The notes beneath the pieces were generated by a model. That model saw only the letters and a list, made by a program, of their open reading frames with translations, searched no databases and was not told the DNA's origin. A DNA stretch of 64,000 nt, from NCBI RefSeq assembly GCF_009834535.1, contig NC_045697.1, positions 70,000,001-70,064,000 of the forward strand. The letters are read 5' to 3'. This document shows positions 1-13,219 of the stretch, one piece after another (the first letter of the stretch is position 1; every line of letters begins with the position of its first letter). The stretch comes from Camelus ferus (lineage: Eukaryota). The position numbers and the translations under genes were made by a program.

Positions 1-324
1 CCTTTCTGAGGTGGTTATTTTTGTTCCATATCTAGGACATGGATGCTATCCCTCATCTAAATCAGTTGTTTCAGAAATTGTGCAGCTACTCACAATAGGT
101 TCTGGGTGAGAAAAGTGTGTAGTGTAAATTCATCAACATTGTTAAAAAGAATTCAAAAACACATACAATTTTAGCAGTCAATTGACAGTGTTAGCTAACA
201 ATACGCATAGCCCCAATTTTAATTAACACAATTACTTTTAATATATCAAAGGTCTATGCAAGGTCCAACATTCCATATTCCATATCTCTGAATAGGGGTA
301 GAATATATGCATTTTGAAACATAC

Positions 325-509
325 TTGCGGAGTTCTCGTTGCTCTTCCCATTGTTTCTGTTTCATGAGCTTCTTCATTTGCCTTTTAGATATGGGTTCAA
401 ACCTTTCACCTAATCCTGGCTTCTGGTTCTCCTCCTGGTCTTCACTTAAGTCTTGTTTTTTTTCATCATTAGAAGTCCCACTAACTGCTGGTAACATTTC
501 AGATGACAT
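325..509 (-). CDS. TRMT10A: TRMT10A tRNA (guanine-N1, m1G9) methyltransferase, first coding exon; gene continues left of the window
   Basis: Translates [62 protein letters not shown], the recognisable TRMT10A N-terminus. Acceptor cttttcaatttttcag puts the exon start at 521 (12-nt UTR part); donor AA|GTATGT after 325; 185 coding nt. Head-to-head with MTTP as in other mammals. Confidence 0.95.
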
Positions 510-889
510 TATTTGATGCTTCTGAAAAATTGAAAAGCAACTTTTGACATGAACAAATGATTCACGTAGAAAAAAAGTAAAATGAAAAAGAAAGACCAAA
601 GGATGTGATTAAAATGAAACCATATCAGTAATGAATAAAAACATAAATTTAGGCAATTAAATGTCATTTACTGGCAAAGATCATTTTATGAAATGCGATA
701 TTTTCATACATTATTGGCAGTCATGGCACAGTTTTTCCAGAAGGCTACACAGATCTATATGTTTCAAGAGCTCTAAAATGTTGATACTCTTTCATCCAGT
801 AATTTATTTCCGTAGAATAAATCTCTGTAAATTAATCAGAAATATACACAAAATTAATGCAAAAGCATATATGTGCTGTTATTTTTTAA

Positions 890-1018
890 TTTTGTTTTTT
901 GGGGTTAATTAGGTTTATTTATTTATTTACTTATTTATTTAATGGCAGTACTGGAGATTGAACCCACGACCTCGTACATGCAAAGCACGTACTCTACCAC
1001 TGAGCTATACTCTCCCCC
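890..1018 (-). mobile_element. tRNA-Ala-derived SINE (camelid Vic-1 type)
   Basis: Reverse complement GGGGAGAGTATAGCTCAGTGGTAGAG...GGGTTCAATCTCCAGTAC has Pol III A/B boxes, then (AAAT)n, CCTAATTAACCCC and an A tail. Flanked by near-identical gt(g/a)ctgttattttt (from 873 and from 1020), a likely TSD. Confidence 0.85.
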
Positions 1019-2399
1019 AGTACTGTTATTTTTAACAATAAAAAATTAGAAACTACTTGAATATCAGCAAAAGGGGACTAAATAATAAATTACAGTTCAT
1101 CTATAACACTGGCTGGAAATACTAAGCAGCCAGGAAAAACCATGCTTCCCAAAATTATTTAGTGATAATGGGAAACTGAATTGTTAAATAAGAAAATCAA
1201 AACAAAAAACAACACATAATGTCCAATTTTGTTTTAAAAAAACATATATACACATGCTTTAATTCTGACCCATGGCTTCTACATTTTCTAAATTTTATAC
1301 ATTGAAAATAGTTTTATAAAAGAAAATTATATTATTAAAAAAAGAGATGAAAAACACCTTTTCATAGTTGCCTTTAAAGCTATAGTATAAGAAAAATGTT
1401 ATTCTCATTATCTGGGTATACACTCAGCATTGGTTTTTGACAAAAGATATGTTACAGATTTCTACATTTTGGACAGTGCAGAAAACAAATTTGGTTGTAA
1501 GTTTCATTGTAAATATTCCACTTAAGTCATGGCTAAAAACCAAAATATGTAAGTTAACTCTGTAATCAGCTGTGGAATGCTTAGGGCCATTTCAAACATC
1601 TTTATTTGGATTTAACCACCCACATCTTTATACCTATTGCTCAGAACTGAACTTGCCTTCAGATTAGGGAAAGGGCTTAGAAATACTGAGATTTCTTTTC
1701 TCTTTAATTGATTATTAATATCAAGGCTTAAAAATATGTCACTTATCCCCACCAAAGACTAAACATGAAGCCTGCAAATGTTTTACTGGCCTTAAAGAAA
1801 AATTTATGATTCTCCCCTTTTACGGAGACAGCTAACAAGTCAGTGCAGAATACCTAAAAGAAAAAAGGTCAATTCCCACAATTCAGAAAATAGGAAAAAA
1901 CTTTTGCCAAACATAATTTAAGCAGTAGTTTTATTTATGGTTCCTTTTTTCTTTAAAACTGCAGTGTTGTAACAGGATATATGGGGATAATTAAGCAAAC
2001 TAGAAAGTTTACCAAATTTTGACTGAAAGATAAAAAATTTTAAGATGTGTGCTTTGGGGACTAGAGCAAAAGCCCTGGTATTTTACTAGATCACAAAATT
2101 ACTAAAAAGGGGAAGGAGTCATCTAGTAATCCAAATAAGAGTTCACAAGTTTTCCTTACATCAGCAACCAAACAGAATCCTTAGTTTGGGAGAGCATCTC
2201 CAAGAAATGACATCTCAAATTTGACTCTATACTGGAAACTCCATCTGGCAGGGATAATGTCTGCTTCTGACCAACATTATACTGCCAATACTAGCACGGT
2301 GCTCGGCACTTAGTAGATGCTTATCATATATTGGTGGAATAAATAAATGAGTGAATACGATATTACAAGGGACTTTTAAAAGTAATGAAAACAGTAATA

Positions 2400-2550
2400 G
2401 CAAACACTTATTAATTTACTGTGCTTAACAAAAATTTTATTTTCTAATTTACTCTTTAAAACAACCCTATGAGGTAGACAGTATATACCTACTTTGCAAA
2501 GGAAGGAGGTACAAGGGTTAAATAACTTGCCCAAGGTTACAAAGCTACTA
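2400..2550 (-). mobile_element. MIR SINE fragment
   Basis: acaaccctatgaggtag ... ggttaaataacttgcccaaggttaca matches the MIR core. Confidence 0.75.
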
Positions 2551-3033
2551 ATTCTTAAGAAACAAGGCACCTAGAGCAAATGCAGCACAAAGTAGGTCCT
2601 CAAAATACTCACTGAATAAAGTGATGGAGCTAAGATTCAAACCCACATTTAATTCTACTATCTCCCAGAAATCAAAAATTTTATTTAGAAAAATGAGGGT
2701 TTCCAAAGGATGTTAAAGAGCTATGTTGTTTCAATCCTGCTGTTAGAGGGCTCTGAGAAGACCTGTGTCACTGAAAGATGAGAAAAAAATAGCTCTAGTT
2801 CTATTCCTATGCCACTGCATCAACAAATTGGAACAGACTTCCTAGAGATCACTGCAAAAAGTTCATGTTTTGAGGCACCCTGAGCCCAATCTTGAAATAT
2901 ATGACAACAGTAGATAAAATATAAAAAGGGAAAACAATTAAAATTGTTAAAATTTTAACAAAATTAAAAATAAGAACTGGATGGGTCTGGTGTGTAAAGG
3001 CAGCTGAGAGTTTTCCTAGCTTTAAAATAGGGA

Positions 3034-6000
3034 TGGCCCCATCAGGACTGTGATAACCATAGAACAAAAAGGAGGTTTGCTCAACAACCAGAGTAGGCTC
3101 TGATCACCACAACATCAGTCACACCCCCAATCAAAGGGGTAACAGCAAACAAACACAGAAGAAAAACATGGCAACTATCCATACTAAAAACAAACCTTAG
3201 ACAAAATTATCAGAGACTGTACAGTTTACACAGGAACGCATCTTCTTTAAAATAAAAAAAAAGCCCTTCAAGACCACAGTAGATAACTGATACTCCATAA
3301 TCCACAGTGCCAGAGAGCTATGAGTAAAATGAAGAAGCACAGGAACTACTCCCAATTAAAAGAACAAGAGAAGTAAAAACAGGAAACTCTCAATGGCTGA
3401 GATGAGAGCCTAGCTAAAGGCAGTCAAAGCAGACTAGATAATGCAGAGGAATGAATAAGTGACTTAGAAGACAAGGTAACAGAAGTCACCCAATCAGAAC
3501 AAAATCAGTAAAAACAATATAAGGGACTTATGGGATAATGTAAAGTTTGCCCAGCTACGCACAACAGGGGTCCCAGAAAGAGAAGAAATATCAAAGGGGG
3601 CTGAAAAGGTATTTAAAGAAATCATGATTGAAAACTTCCCAAACCTAAAGAAGGAATCAGATATCCAAGTACAGGAAACACAGAGGGCCCCCTAAAAGAA
3701 GAAGCCAAATAGACCTACACCAAGACATATAATTAAGATCACCAAGTTTAAAGATAAAGAAATGTTTCTAAAGGCAGCAAGAGAAAAACAATGAGTTATT
3801 TACAATGGAACCCCCATAAGACTTTCAGCTGATTTCTCAACACAAACACTGCTGGCCAGAAGGGAGTGGCAAGATACATTCAAAGTCCTGAATGAGAAAG
3901 AGCTGCAACCTAGGATAGTTTATCCAGCAAAGCTAACCTTTAGAATAGAAAGACAGCTAAAGAATTCCACAGACAAGCAAAAATTAAAAGAAGTCAGCAA
4001 TACTAGACCTATGCTAAAAGAAGTATTGAAAGATCTACTCTAAATAGAAAAGAAGCAGGACTCTACAGAAAGGAGAAAATCATAACTGGAAATGTGGTGA
4101 CTACAATGAGTTGCAACAGGATAAACAAGAAGATAAAAAAGAGGACATCGAAATCATTAAAGGCGGGAGAAGGCGTCAGGAAAATATAGATTTACTCTTC
4201 TGTTTTTGTTCTTCTTAGGATGTGTTTGAGCTTATATGACTATCAGTTTAAAGCAAACAGATACAGTAATGGGTTAATATACTTGAAAAACAGGGTAATC
4301 ACAAATTGAAATCAAAATAGAGTCACAAAAACCAAAAAGAAACAAAGATAATACAAAAGAAAATTATCAAACCACAAAAAGAAAAAGAAAAAGAAAAGGA
4401 AAGGAACAAAGAGGAAATATCAAATCAACTGGAAAACTAAGTTCAAAATGGCAAAAAACCCCCACATCTATCAATAATTACTGTAAATGTCAATGGACTA
4501 ATGCTCCAATCAAAAGGCACAGAGTGGCAGATTGGATAATGAAACAAGAACCTACAACATGCTGCATACAAGAGACCCACTATAGGGTGAAGGACACAGA
4601 TAGAATGAAAGTGAAAGGATGGGAAAATATATTTCACGCAAATGAAAACTACAAGAAGGCAAGAGTAGCAATACTGATTTCAGACAAAACAGACTTTAAA
4701 GCAAAGGCCACAAAAAAAGATAAAGGACACTATGTAATGATTAAAGGAGCAATACAAGATGAGGGTATTACACTTTTTAACATATACGCACCCAATATAG
4801 GAGCACCTAAATATATAAAGCAAATACTAACAGACATAAAGGTAGAAATTAATGGGCACACAATCATAGTAGGAGACTTTAACGCCCTATTAACATCATT
4901 GGACAGATCTTCCAGACAGAAAATCAATAAGGCAATGGAGATACTAAATGACACAACAGAACAGTTGGACTTGGTTGATACTTTTAGGGCATTACATCCT
5001 GCAAAAACAGAATATACATTCTTTTCAAGTGCATATGGGACATTCTCTAGGATAGATTGTGTACTTGTGGACAAAAGAAGCCTCAACAAATTTAAGAGGA
5101 TAGAAATTATTTCAAGCATCTTTTCTGACCACAATGCCATAAAACTAGAAATCAACCACAGGAAAACAAAAGGAGAAAAAAACGAGAGCATGGAGATTAA
5201 ACAACATGCTACTAAAAAAACCAATAGGTCAATGACGAAATCAAAGAAGAAAGTAAAAAATACTTTGAGACAAATGACAATGAAAACACAACCACACAAA
5301 ATCTATGGGATGCAGCAAAAGCAGTCCTAAGAGGGAAGTTCACAGTGATACAGGCCTTCTTCAAAAAAAAAAGAATAATCCCCATAAACAACCTAACCTA
5401 TCACCTAAAAGAATTAGAAAAAGAAGAGCAAACAAAAACCTAAAGTCAGCAGAATGAAGAAAATAATAAAGACAAGGGAGGAAATAAGTAAAGTAAGAGA
5501 TTTTAAAAAACAAGAAAAAAATCAATCAAAACAAGAGCTGTTTTTTGGTAAGACTAAACAAAACTGACAAACATCTGGCTTGGCTCACCAAGAAGAAAAA
5601 AAAAGAGAATACAAATAAACAAAATAAGAAAGGAAAATGGAGAAATTACAAAGAGTATGACAGAAATACAAAAAAAATAAGAGAATACTATGAACAACTA
5701 TATGGAAACAAACTGGACAAGTTAGAAGAAATGGAGCAGTTTCTGGAAACATACAGACCACCAAGACTGAATCAGGAAGAAACAGACCACTTGAACAGAC
5801 CAATCACTAGAAATGAAATAGAATCAGCAACAAAAAACCTCCCTGAAAACAAAAGTCCAAGACCAGATGGCTTCACTGGGGAATTCTACCAAACATACAG
5901 AGAATTCATACTAGTCCTTCTCAAACTCTTCCAAAAGACAGAAGAGAAAGGAGTACTTCCAAACTCATTCTAGGAAGCCATCATCACCCTGATACCAAAA

Positions 6001-8245
6001 CCAGACAAAGACACTACCAAAAAAGAAAATTACAGGCCAGTATCACTGAGGAACATAGATGCAAAAATCCTCAACAAAATATTAACAAACGGAATCCAAC
6101 AGCACATAAAAAAAGATCATACACCATGATCAAGTTGGATTCATCCCAGGGACACAAGGATAGTTCAGCATATGCAAATCAATCAATGTGATACACCATA
6201 TCAACAACAACAAAAAGGACAATCACAAGATCATCTCAACATATGCAGAAAAAGCATTTGATAAAATTCAGCACCAATTATGACAAAAACTCTTACTAAA
6301 GTAGGTATAGAGGGAACATATCTCAACATAATAAAAGCTATTTATGGCAAATCCACAGCCAGCATAATACTCAACGGTGAAACCAAGAAGAGAGCCTTCC
6401 CACTAAAATCTAGAACAAGACAAAGATGCCCATTCGCACCGCTTCTATTCAACATAGACTTGAAAGTCCTAGCCACAACAATCAGGCAAGAAAAAGAAAT
6501 AAAAGAGATCCAAATTGGAAGAGAAGTAAAATTGTCACTATATGTGGATGACATGGATATATATTCCTAAAAGCTCCAAACAAGCTATTAGAGCTGATAA
6601 AAGAATTCAGCAAGGTAGCAGGATACAAGATTAACATACAAAAATCACTTGCATTTCTTTACACTAACAATGAATTAGTAGGAAAAGAAAGTAAAGACAC
6701 AATACCTTTTAAAATCGTATCCAAAACAATAACATACTTAGGAATAAATTTGACCAAGGAGGTGAAAGACTTACACATGGAGAACTACAAAACACTGATT
6801 AAGGAAATTAAAGATGATTAAAGAAATTGAAAGATATCCCATGCTCTTGGACTGGAAGAATTAATATTGTCAAAATGGCCCAAGGCAGTCTACAGATTTA
6901 ATGCAATCCGTATCAAATTATCCAGGACATCTTTCACAGAACTAGAACAAAGAATCCTAAAATTTAAATGGAATCACAAAGATCCAGAATTGCCAAAGCA
7001 ATACTGAAGAAAAAGAACAAAGCTGGAGGAATAACCCTCCCAGACTTCAGACAATACTATAGAGATACAGTAATCAAAATACTGTGGTATTGGCATAAAA
7101 ACAGACATATGGATCTATGGAACAGAATAGAGAGCCCAGAAATAAACCCACAGACCTATGGTCAATTAATCTTCGACAAAGGAGACAAGAATATACAATG
7201 GAGAAAAACAATCTCTTCAGCAAGTGGTGTTGGGAAAACTGGATAGCAGCATGTAAATCAATGAAGTTAGAACACTCCCTCATACTATACACAAAAATAA
7301 ACTCAAAATGGCTTAAGAACTTAAATGTAAGACAAAACGCGATAAACCTCCTAACAGAAAACATAGGCAAATAGTCTCTGACATAAATTTTAGCAATGTT
7401 CTCCTAGGGCAGTCTACCCAGGCAATAGAAATAAAAGCAAAAAATAACAAATGGGGCCCAATTAAACTTAGAAGCTTTTGCACAGCAAAGGAAACCATAA
7501 GCAAAACAAAACGACAACCTATGGAATGGGAGAAAATATTTACAAATTATGTAGCTGACAAAGGTTTAATTTCCAGAATATATAAACAGCTCATTCAACT
7601 TAGTAACAAAAAACAAAAACCCAATCCAAAAATGGGCAGAAGACCTAAACAAGCAATTCTCCAATGAAGACATACAAATGGCTAATAGGCACATGAAAAA
7701 AATCCTCAATATCATTAATTATCAGGAATTGCAAATCAAAACTACAAGGAGGTATCACCTCATACCAGTCAGAATGGCCATAACTCAAAAGTCCATGAAT
7801 GATAAATGCTGGAGAGGCTGTGAAGAAAAGGGAATCCTCCTACACTGTTGGTGGGAATGTAATTTGGGGCAGCCATTATGGAAAACAGTGTGGAGATTCC
7901 TCAGAAAACTAAAAACAGACTTACAGACTCAAACAATGATCCAGCAATCCCACTCCTGGATATATATCCAGAGGGAACTCTAATTCAAAAAGAAACATGC
8001 ACCCCAATGTTCATAGCAGCACCATATACAATAGTCAAGACATAGAAGCAACTTAAATGTACATCAACAGATGACTGGATAAAGAAGCTGTGTTATTTAT
8101 ATACAAAGGAATACTACTCAGCCATAAAAAAGAATGAAATAATGCCATTTGCAGCAATATGGATAGACCTAGAGATCGTCATTCTAAGTGAAGTAAACCA
8201 GAAAGAGAAAAATATCATATGATATCACTCATATATGGAATCTAA

Positions 8246-8317
<72 letters not shown>

Positions 8318-8645
8318 AGGATACTATGAACTCATCTACAAAACAGAAACAGACTTGCAGACTTAGTAAACAATCCTATGGTTACTGAGGAAAGGGTGGG
8401 GGGAGGGATAAATTTGGGTGTTTGAGATTTGCACATTAGCCACTATATATAAAAACAGATTAAAAAAAAAAACAGGTTTCTTCTGCATAGCACAGGGAAC
8501 TATATTCAATATTTTGTAATAACCTTTAATGAAAAGGAATATGAAAACAAATATACGTATGTATATACATGACAGGAACATTGTGCTATACACCAGAAAT
8601 TGACACATCATAACTGACTGTACGTCAATAAAAATAAAATAAAAT
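3034..8645 (+). mobile_element. Near-full-length, 5'-truncated, inactivated LINE-1 in TRMT10A intron 1 (antisense to the gene)
   Basis: Partial 5' UTR; deleted ORF1 remnant ~3320-4043; ORF2 ~4448-8245 broken by frameshifts and stops (endonuclease CCIQETH / GDFN / SDHN, RT YVDD at 6541-6552, C-terminal LLHCWWEC); 3' UTR with AATAAA and A-rich tail. TSD AAAATAGGGA at 3024-3033 and 8646-8655 at a TTT|AAAA site. Confidence 0.95.
8245..8316. repeat. (AAAG)18 tetranucleotide microsatellite
   Basis: Uninterrupted AAAG array directly after the L1 ORF2 stop codon. Confidence 0.95.
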
Positions 8646-9019
8646 AAAATAGGGAGAAAAAGAATAATACTAGACAAAGGATGGGAGCCCTTAAACTAGT
8701 GCTGGGAGCAAGGCCTCTCCTTTCATGAAAAAAGCATGAAAACAGGTACAACTACAGACTATGGCTTATACAAAGCTGACTACTTGGGGGAACTACTGAA
8801 GGGAGCAGACACGGCCTCTCGGCTACAAACTCTGCCCAGCCATGAGATGACATATGAACTTATAATATTACATGATTAGAATTCTGAACCACCTATACAA
8901 GTGCTGCTGTGGACTGAAGCACTGAAAAGGGTCATGGGTAAGAGTAACCACAAAATCAGTGGTAGACAGAGAGGTTGTTTGGAGGGGAAAGTTATAATTC
9001 CTTTCAAGATAAATCTGCA

Positions 9020-9475
9020 AAGCAAAATTACAAAAAGACAGAAATGACAGTAGGAACCATCCCCTCAAAAATTCAACAATCACGAGATCCACTCTATACA
9101 AACTGAAAATAATAAAGGAATGTGAAAATGACTTTAAAATAACTGTGGTTGAAATCTTTCACAGATGATAAGGAGTAAGAACCATAAAAACAAAACAGGA
9201 AATTGGAAAACAAAAGCACGCATAAAAATAGCAAAACAAGAATCCATAAAAAAGAACCAATTTGGAAACCAGGAAATGAAGATATAAAAATTTCAACAGA
9301 TGAGACAAACTCCAGGTTACCTGGAGTCCAAGAGGTACTTAATCAGAAGACATTTTCACAATCTGACTCAGAATTCAGACAGAAAAATAGAGTAAAAAAT
9401 ATGTTGGAGCATTTAAAAGATTCGAATAATAGGATAAGAAAAAGGCAAAATAAGTAACTAGGGGTAAATATACAA
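9020..9475 (+). mobile_element. Old degraded L1/HAL1 ORF1-like fragment
   Basis: A-rich and resembles an ORF1 coiled-coil/RRM junction (...gaataataggataagaaaaggcaaaataagtaactaggggt). Boundaries approximate. Confidence 0.4.
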
Positions 9476-11269
9476 CCTTGAGTGCATTCATTAATTTCTT
9501 TTAAAATCTGGAAAATAAGGTAAGCATTCAATTTAAGAAACAGGAGACAGGAGAAACAAAGCAAGCCTGAAAAGATTAGAAGAAAAATTTAAAATATATA
9601 GTGTGATCTCTAGAATCCTTTATATTTTATTTCCTTTCCAAAGGTAGTACATTAAAAAAAAAATCAGCAAGAAATGTATCCAAAACAATATAAGGTGGAG
9701 AAAACACAAGCTAAACATGCCCATTAAGCTAAATGTGCAAACTTAAATGCACAATTAAAATTCAGAGGAAACAAACTGCTCTTTCATGAAACAGTGATTA
9801 ATATTCTAAGAAAGAACATTTCTGTTCATCTGTGGCATCGTTTTTCGCTAGTTCTCTATTATGTTCAAAAACTGCAAATGTTAATTGGTTCTATAACGTG
9901 AAAATTAAAAAAAAAAAATGTACAGCAATGTTTTAAAGTCCATGCACACTAGGGGGAGCTTTTGCCTTTCCTATCTAAGAAGGCTAAATTAAATCTAATT
10001 TGGCCTATCTTTGCATACTAATGTTTTTAAACAGCCTATCAAATACAATGAAAGGTCATGAGCTAGCCCACATCATTATCATTATTATTTCTAAAGTTAT
10101 TCCCAATTAAGAAAATGCACTGTAGTAAGTGAATTTTTTTCAAGGTTTGAATAAGCTAGATGCATTGCACGGAATACAACAAAAATGATGCTAGGTTGAG
10201 ATCCTATAAATTACTGCTTGCTGCACACTTTACATACAAAGGTATGTACCAACTCTTACTGCCTATACCATAAAATAAGCATTTCACTATGTGCTAGTTT
10301 GTTCGGATTACCTGTTAAGCAAAACACAAGCTCCATGGCAGAGTTTTGCATTCCTCCCTCATAGTACATTTTCATCCATTCGTCACGTTCAAAAAATTTT
10401 ATAGCAGTTATAGAATTATTTGTGTGAAATTTAGTTTACTTGAGCACTGAATTAAAAAACTGGTTCATTTAGTTACAGATACAGTTTACCTAGTGGTCTT
10501 TTAAAAACTAACAACTGGATAAAGCGGACTAAGGCAATTTGGTGTGGGGCAAATATATAAAAAAGTAGTTATCTTAATTGTCCTTATATTTCTACTTAGC
10601 ACAGCTTCAGCAAGGAGGGCGTACACCATAATCAGTGAATGGCCAAAAGAAAGAAAGAAAAAACTTTCATGGATTTTATTGATTGGGCTGAAATAAAGTC
10701 GTCGCAATTTATGACACAGCCTCCCTTCCAGATTCACATGAATGTTGGAGTAACTGCCGAACGTAATTAAATGAGCTGACAGCGACAGTGAATTAATATG
10801 CTTTTTAAAACGCGCAGGCCAAATCCGCAACGGCGAAAGCTATTTGGCCCTTGGGGCGGTGGGTCAGGCTGGAGTGGGGGGAGGTGGAGGATTTACAACG
10901 AACAAAAACTGAGATTGTCATCTTTTGCTATACTCTTTATATCGCTAAAATTTTAAAAAATCCCGAATTTCAACATAAAACATTTCAGTGAAATCAAGTA
11001 ACACCTCGGTCTTCTTAAAATCGTCCTCAGCTCACCACCATGGGGCCTAACAGCACCTGCAGCAACTCTCCCCTGGCCCCTCCATTTCAGAGCGCTCAGG
11101 GACGGCAGTCCCTCGTTGAAGAGATGATGTAAGGCAGGTTTAAAGAGGTAGAGCGACTTGCCCACTGTCTCTAGCCACCAGTGGCAGAACCACAACTCGT
11201 TTTCTGGCCCTTCAGGGTCCAGATTTCCCTCTCCCTTTATTCTTGAGAAACTCACACTCCTCACACACT

Positions 11270-11840
11270 AGGGCCCGGATCCCGACCAGCAAACAAACGT
11301 GGACAGCAAGCCTCCCCTCCTACCCTCCAGGCCACCCGCAGGCGGACACACTCCAGAGGCGGGATTAAAATGCAGCTAACGAATGAGAAAGCTGCTAGGG
11401 GAGCCGCAAGGGCGCATTCCCTCCGACGTCACTTCCGCCAGGAGCTGGGGCTAGGCAGCCGCTCCCAAAACCCCTCTTCCCTCACCCCCGGAAGCCCTTA
11501 TTGGTAGTGGAAGGCGGCACCAGCACGCACTCCTTTTGCGCCCGGATTATACCAAGGGATAGGCGAGCACTAGCCTACGTGCCAAGAGACTTACCGAGCG
11601 GAGAAGTTGTCGGGGAACCTGAGAGCACGCTTTTCAGAGCGGTCTTTACCACTCCAGAAGGTCCTGTTTCGGAAACTTCAACTCCCAGAGGCAGAGACGG
11701 TAGCTGCACGTAGGATGCTACGGAGGTTACGTCTTACGTCAACTAGCTGCGCCAACTGCGGACCTGCAGTGGGAGAAAGGGGAGGGATTTTATGTGGGGC
11801 GGGGCTTGGAGTTCGGGTTTCTAGAGTGGGCGGTAGTTCC
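11270..11840. promoter_or_regulatory. CpG-rich promoter of TRMT10A, likely bidirectional with upstream MTTP transcripts
   Basis: Main CpG/GC-rich patch of the window. ETS-CRE composite GACGTCACTTCCG (11425-11437), CCGGAAG (11488-11494), ZNF143-like ACTTCAACTCCCAGAGGC (11675-11692), CRE-like TTACGTCA (11734-11741), GC box GGGGCGGGGC (11796-11805). Confidence 0.8.
11595..11750 (-). other. TRMT10A: Probable non-coding exon 1 (5' UTR) of TRMT10A; 5' end approximate
   Basis: Consensus minus-strand donor CG|GTAAGT (plus strand acttacc, 11589-11595) inside the CpG-rich promoter. A second candidate donor GG|GTGAGG would end an exon at 11486. The TSS cannot be read from sequence. Confidence 0.65.
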
Positions 11841-13219
11841 CTGATTTGTGGGTTTTTTGTTTTTTTTCCCCACTTGAAAGCGAGTGTGTATCTGTGGGTA
11901 TATATTCATTCATTTATTCCTGTGGAGATGGCAGGGGCTGTTAAAATACTACTACTCTTAAAAATTAAAAATGCGAAACACTGCTGAAGAGCTGTTAATT
12001 CTTCCGTGTTGGAGATGAGAGGAAAGCATCTCTTGCCTGAACTATTTATAATTAATACAGAGGGTTGTCAGTATCACATGATTTTACACAACTGAAATGG
12101 AAAATTAGATTTAAAAACTGAATCAAATCCCTAATAAGAGGCGTTTAAATCTAGAATGTTTAAGCTTTTTCTCGCTTACTTGCGTTTTACTCTCCATTCA
12201 TTCCTTGAACTATTTTTTAATATATTTTGCAAAACACCAAGTGACATTTCATTGTAATACTTGACCTTATGTAATCTTTTTGCTATATATAGATCAAGTC
12301 AACTGAGGGAGAACTGAAACAGAATCTGGTAGATTGTCGTTTTCTATTTAGTTTTTGATTTGGTCCTACTTCTAATAGATGATTATTTCAGAATTTGAAG
12401 AAAAGAATGAGGTTTGAGTCAATGAATAGAAGACAGCCATCTCAGTATGAAAAGAGCTCTGAACTAAAGTATTCTTGATATTTGAAAACATTTTAACATG
12501 TTTAAAGGTTTTAATGGATAGAAAATTAAATTCGTAATTTGAATTTTCTAAAAGAATTAAAAATTTCTCTAAATTTAGTTACAGAACTGAAGCCACTCTT
12601 GCTTTAAACCATCAAATTTTACTTTAAAAAGTATGTCAGCTGTAACATGGTTGTAGATCACTCTGTTTCTTCGTTATCTCAAATCCAAAAGATCTTTTAA
12701 CTGAGCATTGGCAAGGAAGTCTGGATCCATTTCTGATCTGTTAGTAGGGCATCTTTTTTCAGCTGTATCCATATCAGGCCAAAGAGTAGCTGAGGAAGGA
12801 TTAGTAATTGGATATGTAGCCCTTCACATGTAGGTCGTTAAACTCAGGCTGGCATAATGATATGCCAAATCTTTCAACAGCTGTTCAGTTGCCCCACAGG
12901 GATCTGTTTTATGAATAATTATGTATATTTTTTCAGTTAATACTCAGTCTCCTTAGATATTTAAAACAAAAATTTTAAGTTACTTTAAAAACCCTCATAT
13001 TTTATCAGTAGGGTCAATATGTTTTCTTTTGACATAGCCATTGAACTTTATAGCCATAGGGTGCAAAAATTTAAAATGATTCTAGTATCAATCCAAAGCA
13101 AGCACCAGCAAAAAATGGACAATTTAACCAAAGATACAGAAAGCATATAGAAAGTATAGGAAGGTAAAATCATGGTATGAAATAATCTTATTTTCACTGA
13201 TTTGTAAAATTCATGTATT

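Noticed and set aside
510..599. N-terminal extension of TRMT10A suggested by the 117-aa ORF
   Set aside because: The ORF starts at a non-ATG codon and runs through the intron's polypyrimidine tract and acceptor at 522. The real ATG is at 509.
4524..7983. ORFs of 85-268 aa with endonuclease/RT similarity, and their antisense ORFs (e.g. 4730-5299)
   Set aside because: Frameshifted pieces of one dead L1 ORF2. The antisense ORFs are by-products of L1 base composition.
9309..9327. Perfect inverted repeat ACTCCAGGT-T-ACCTGGAGT
   Set aside because: 9-bp arms are within chance expectation for 64 kb, and it lies in a degraded L1-like stretch.
11501..11987. ORFs of 70 and 126 aa over the CpG-rich promoter
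   Set aside because: Non-ATG starts, GC-rich sequence poor in stop codons, and no recognisable protein similarity.
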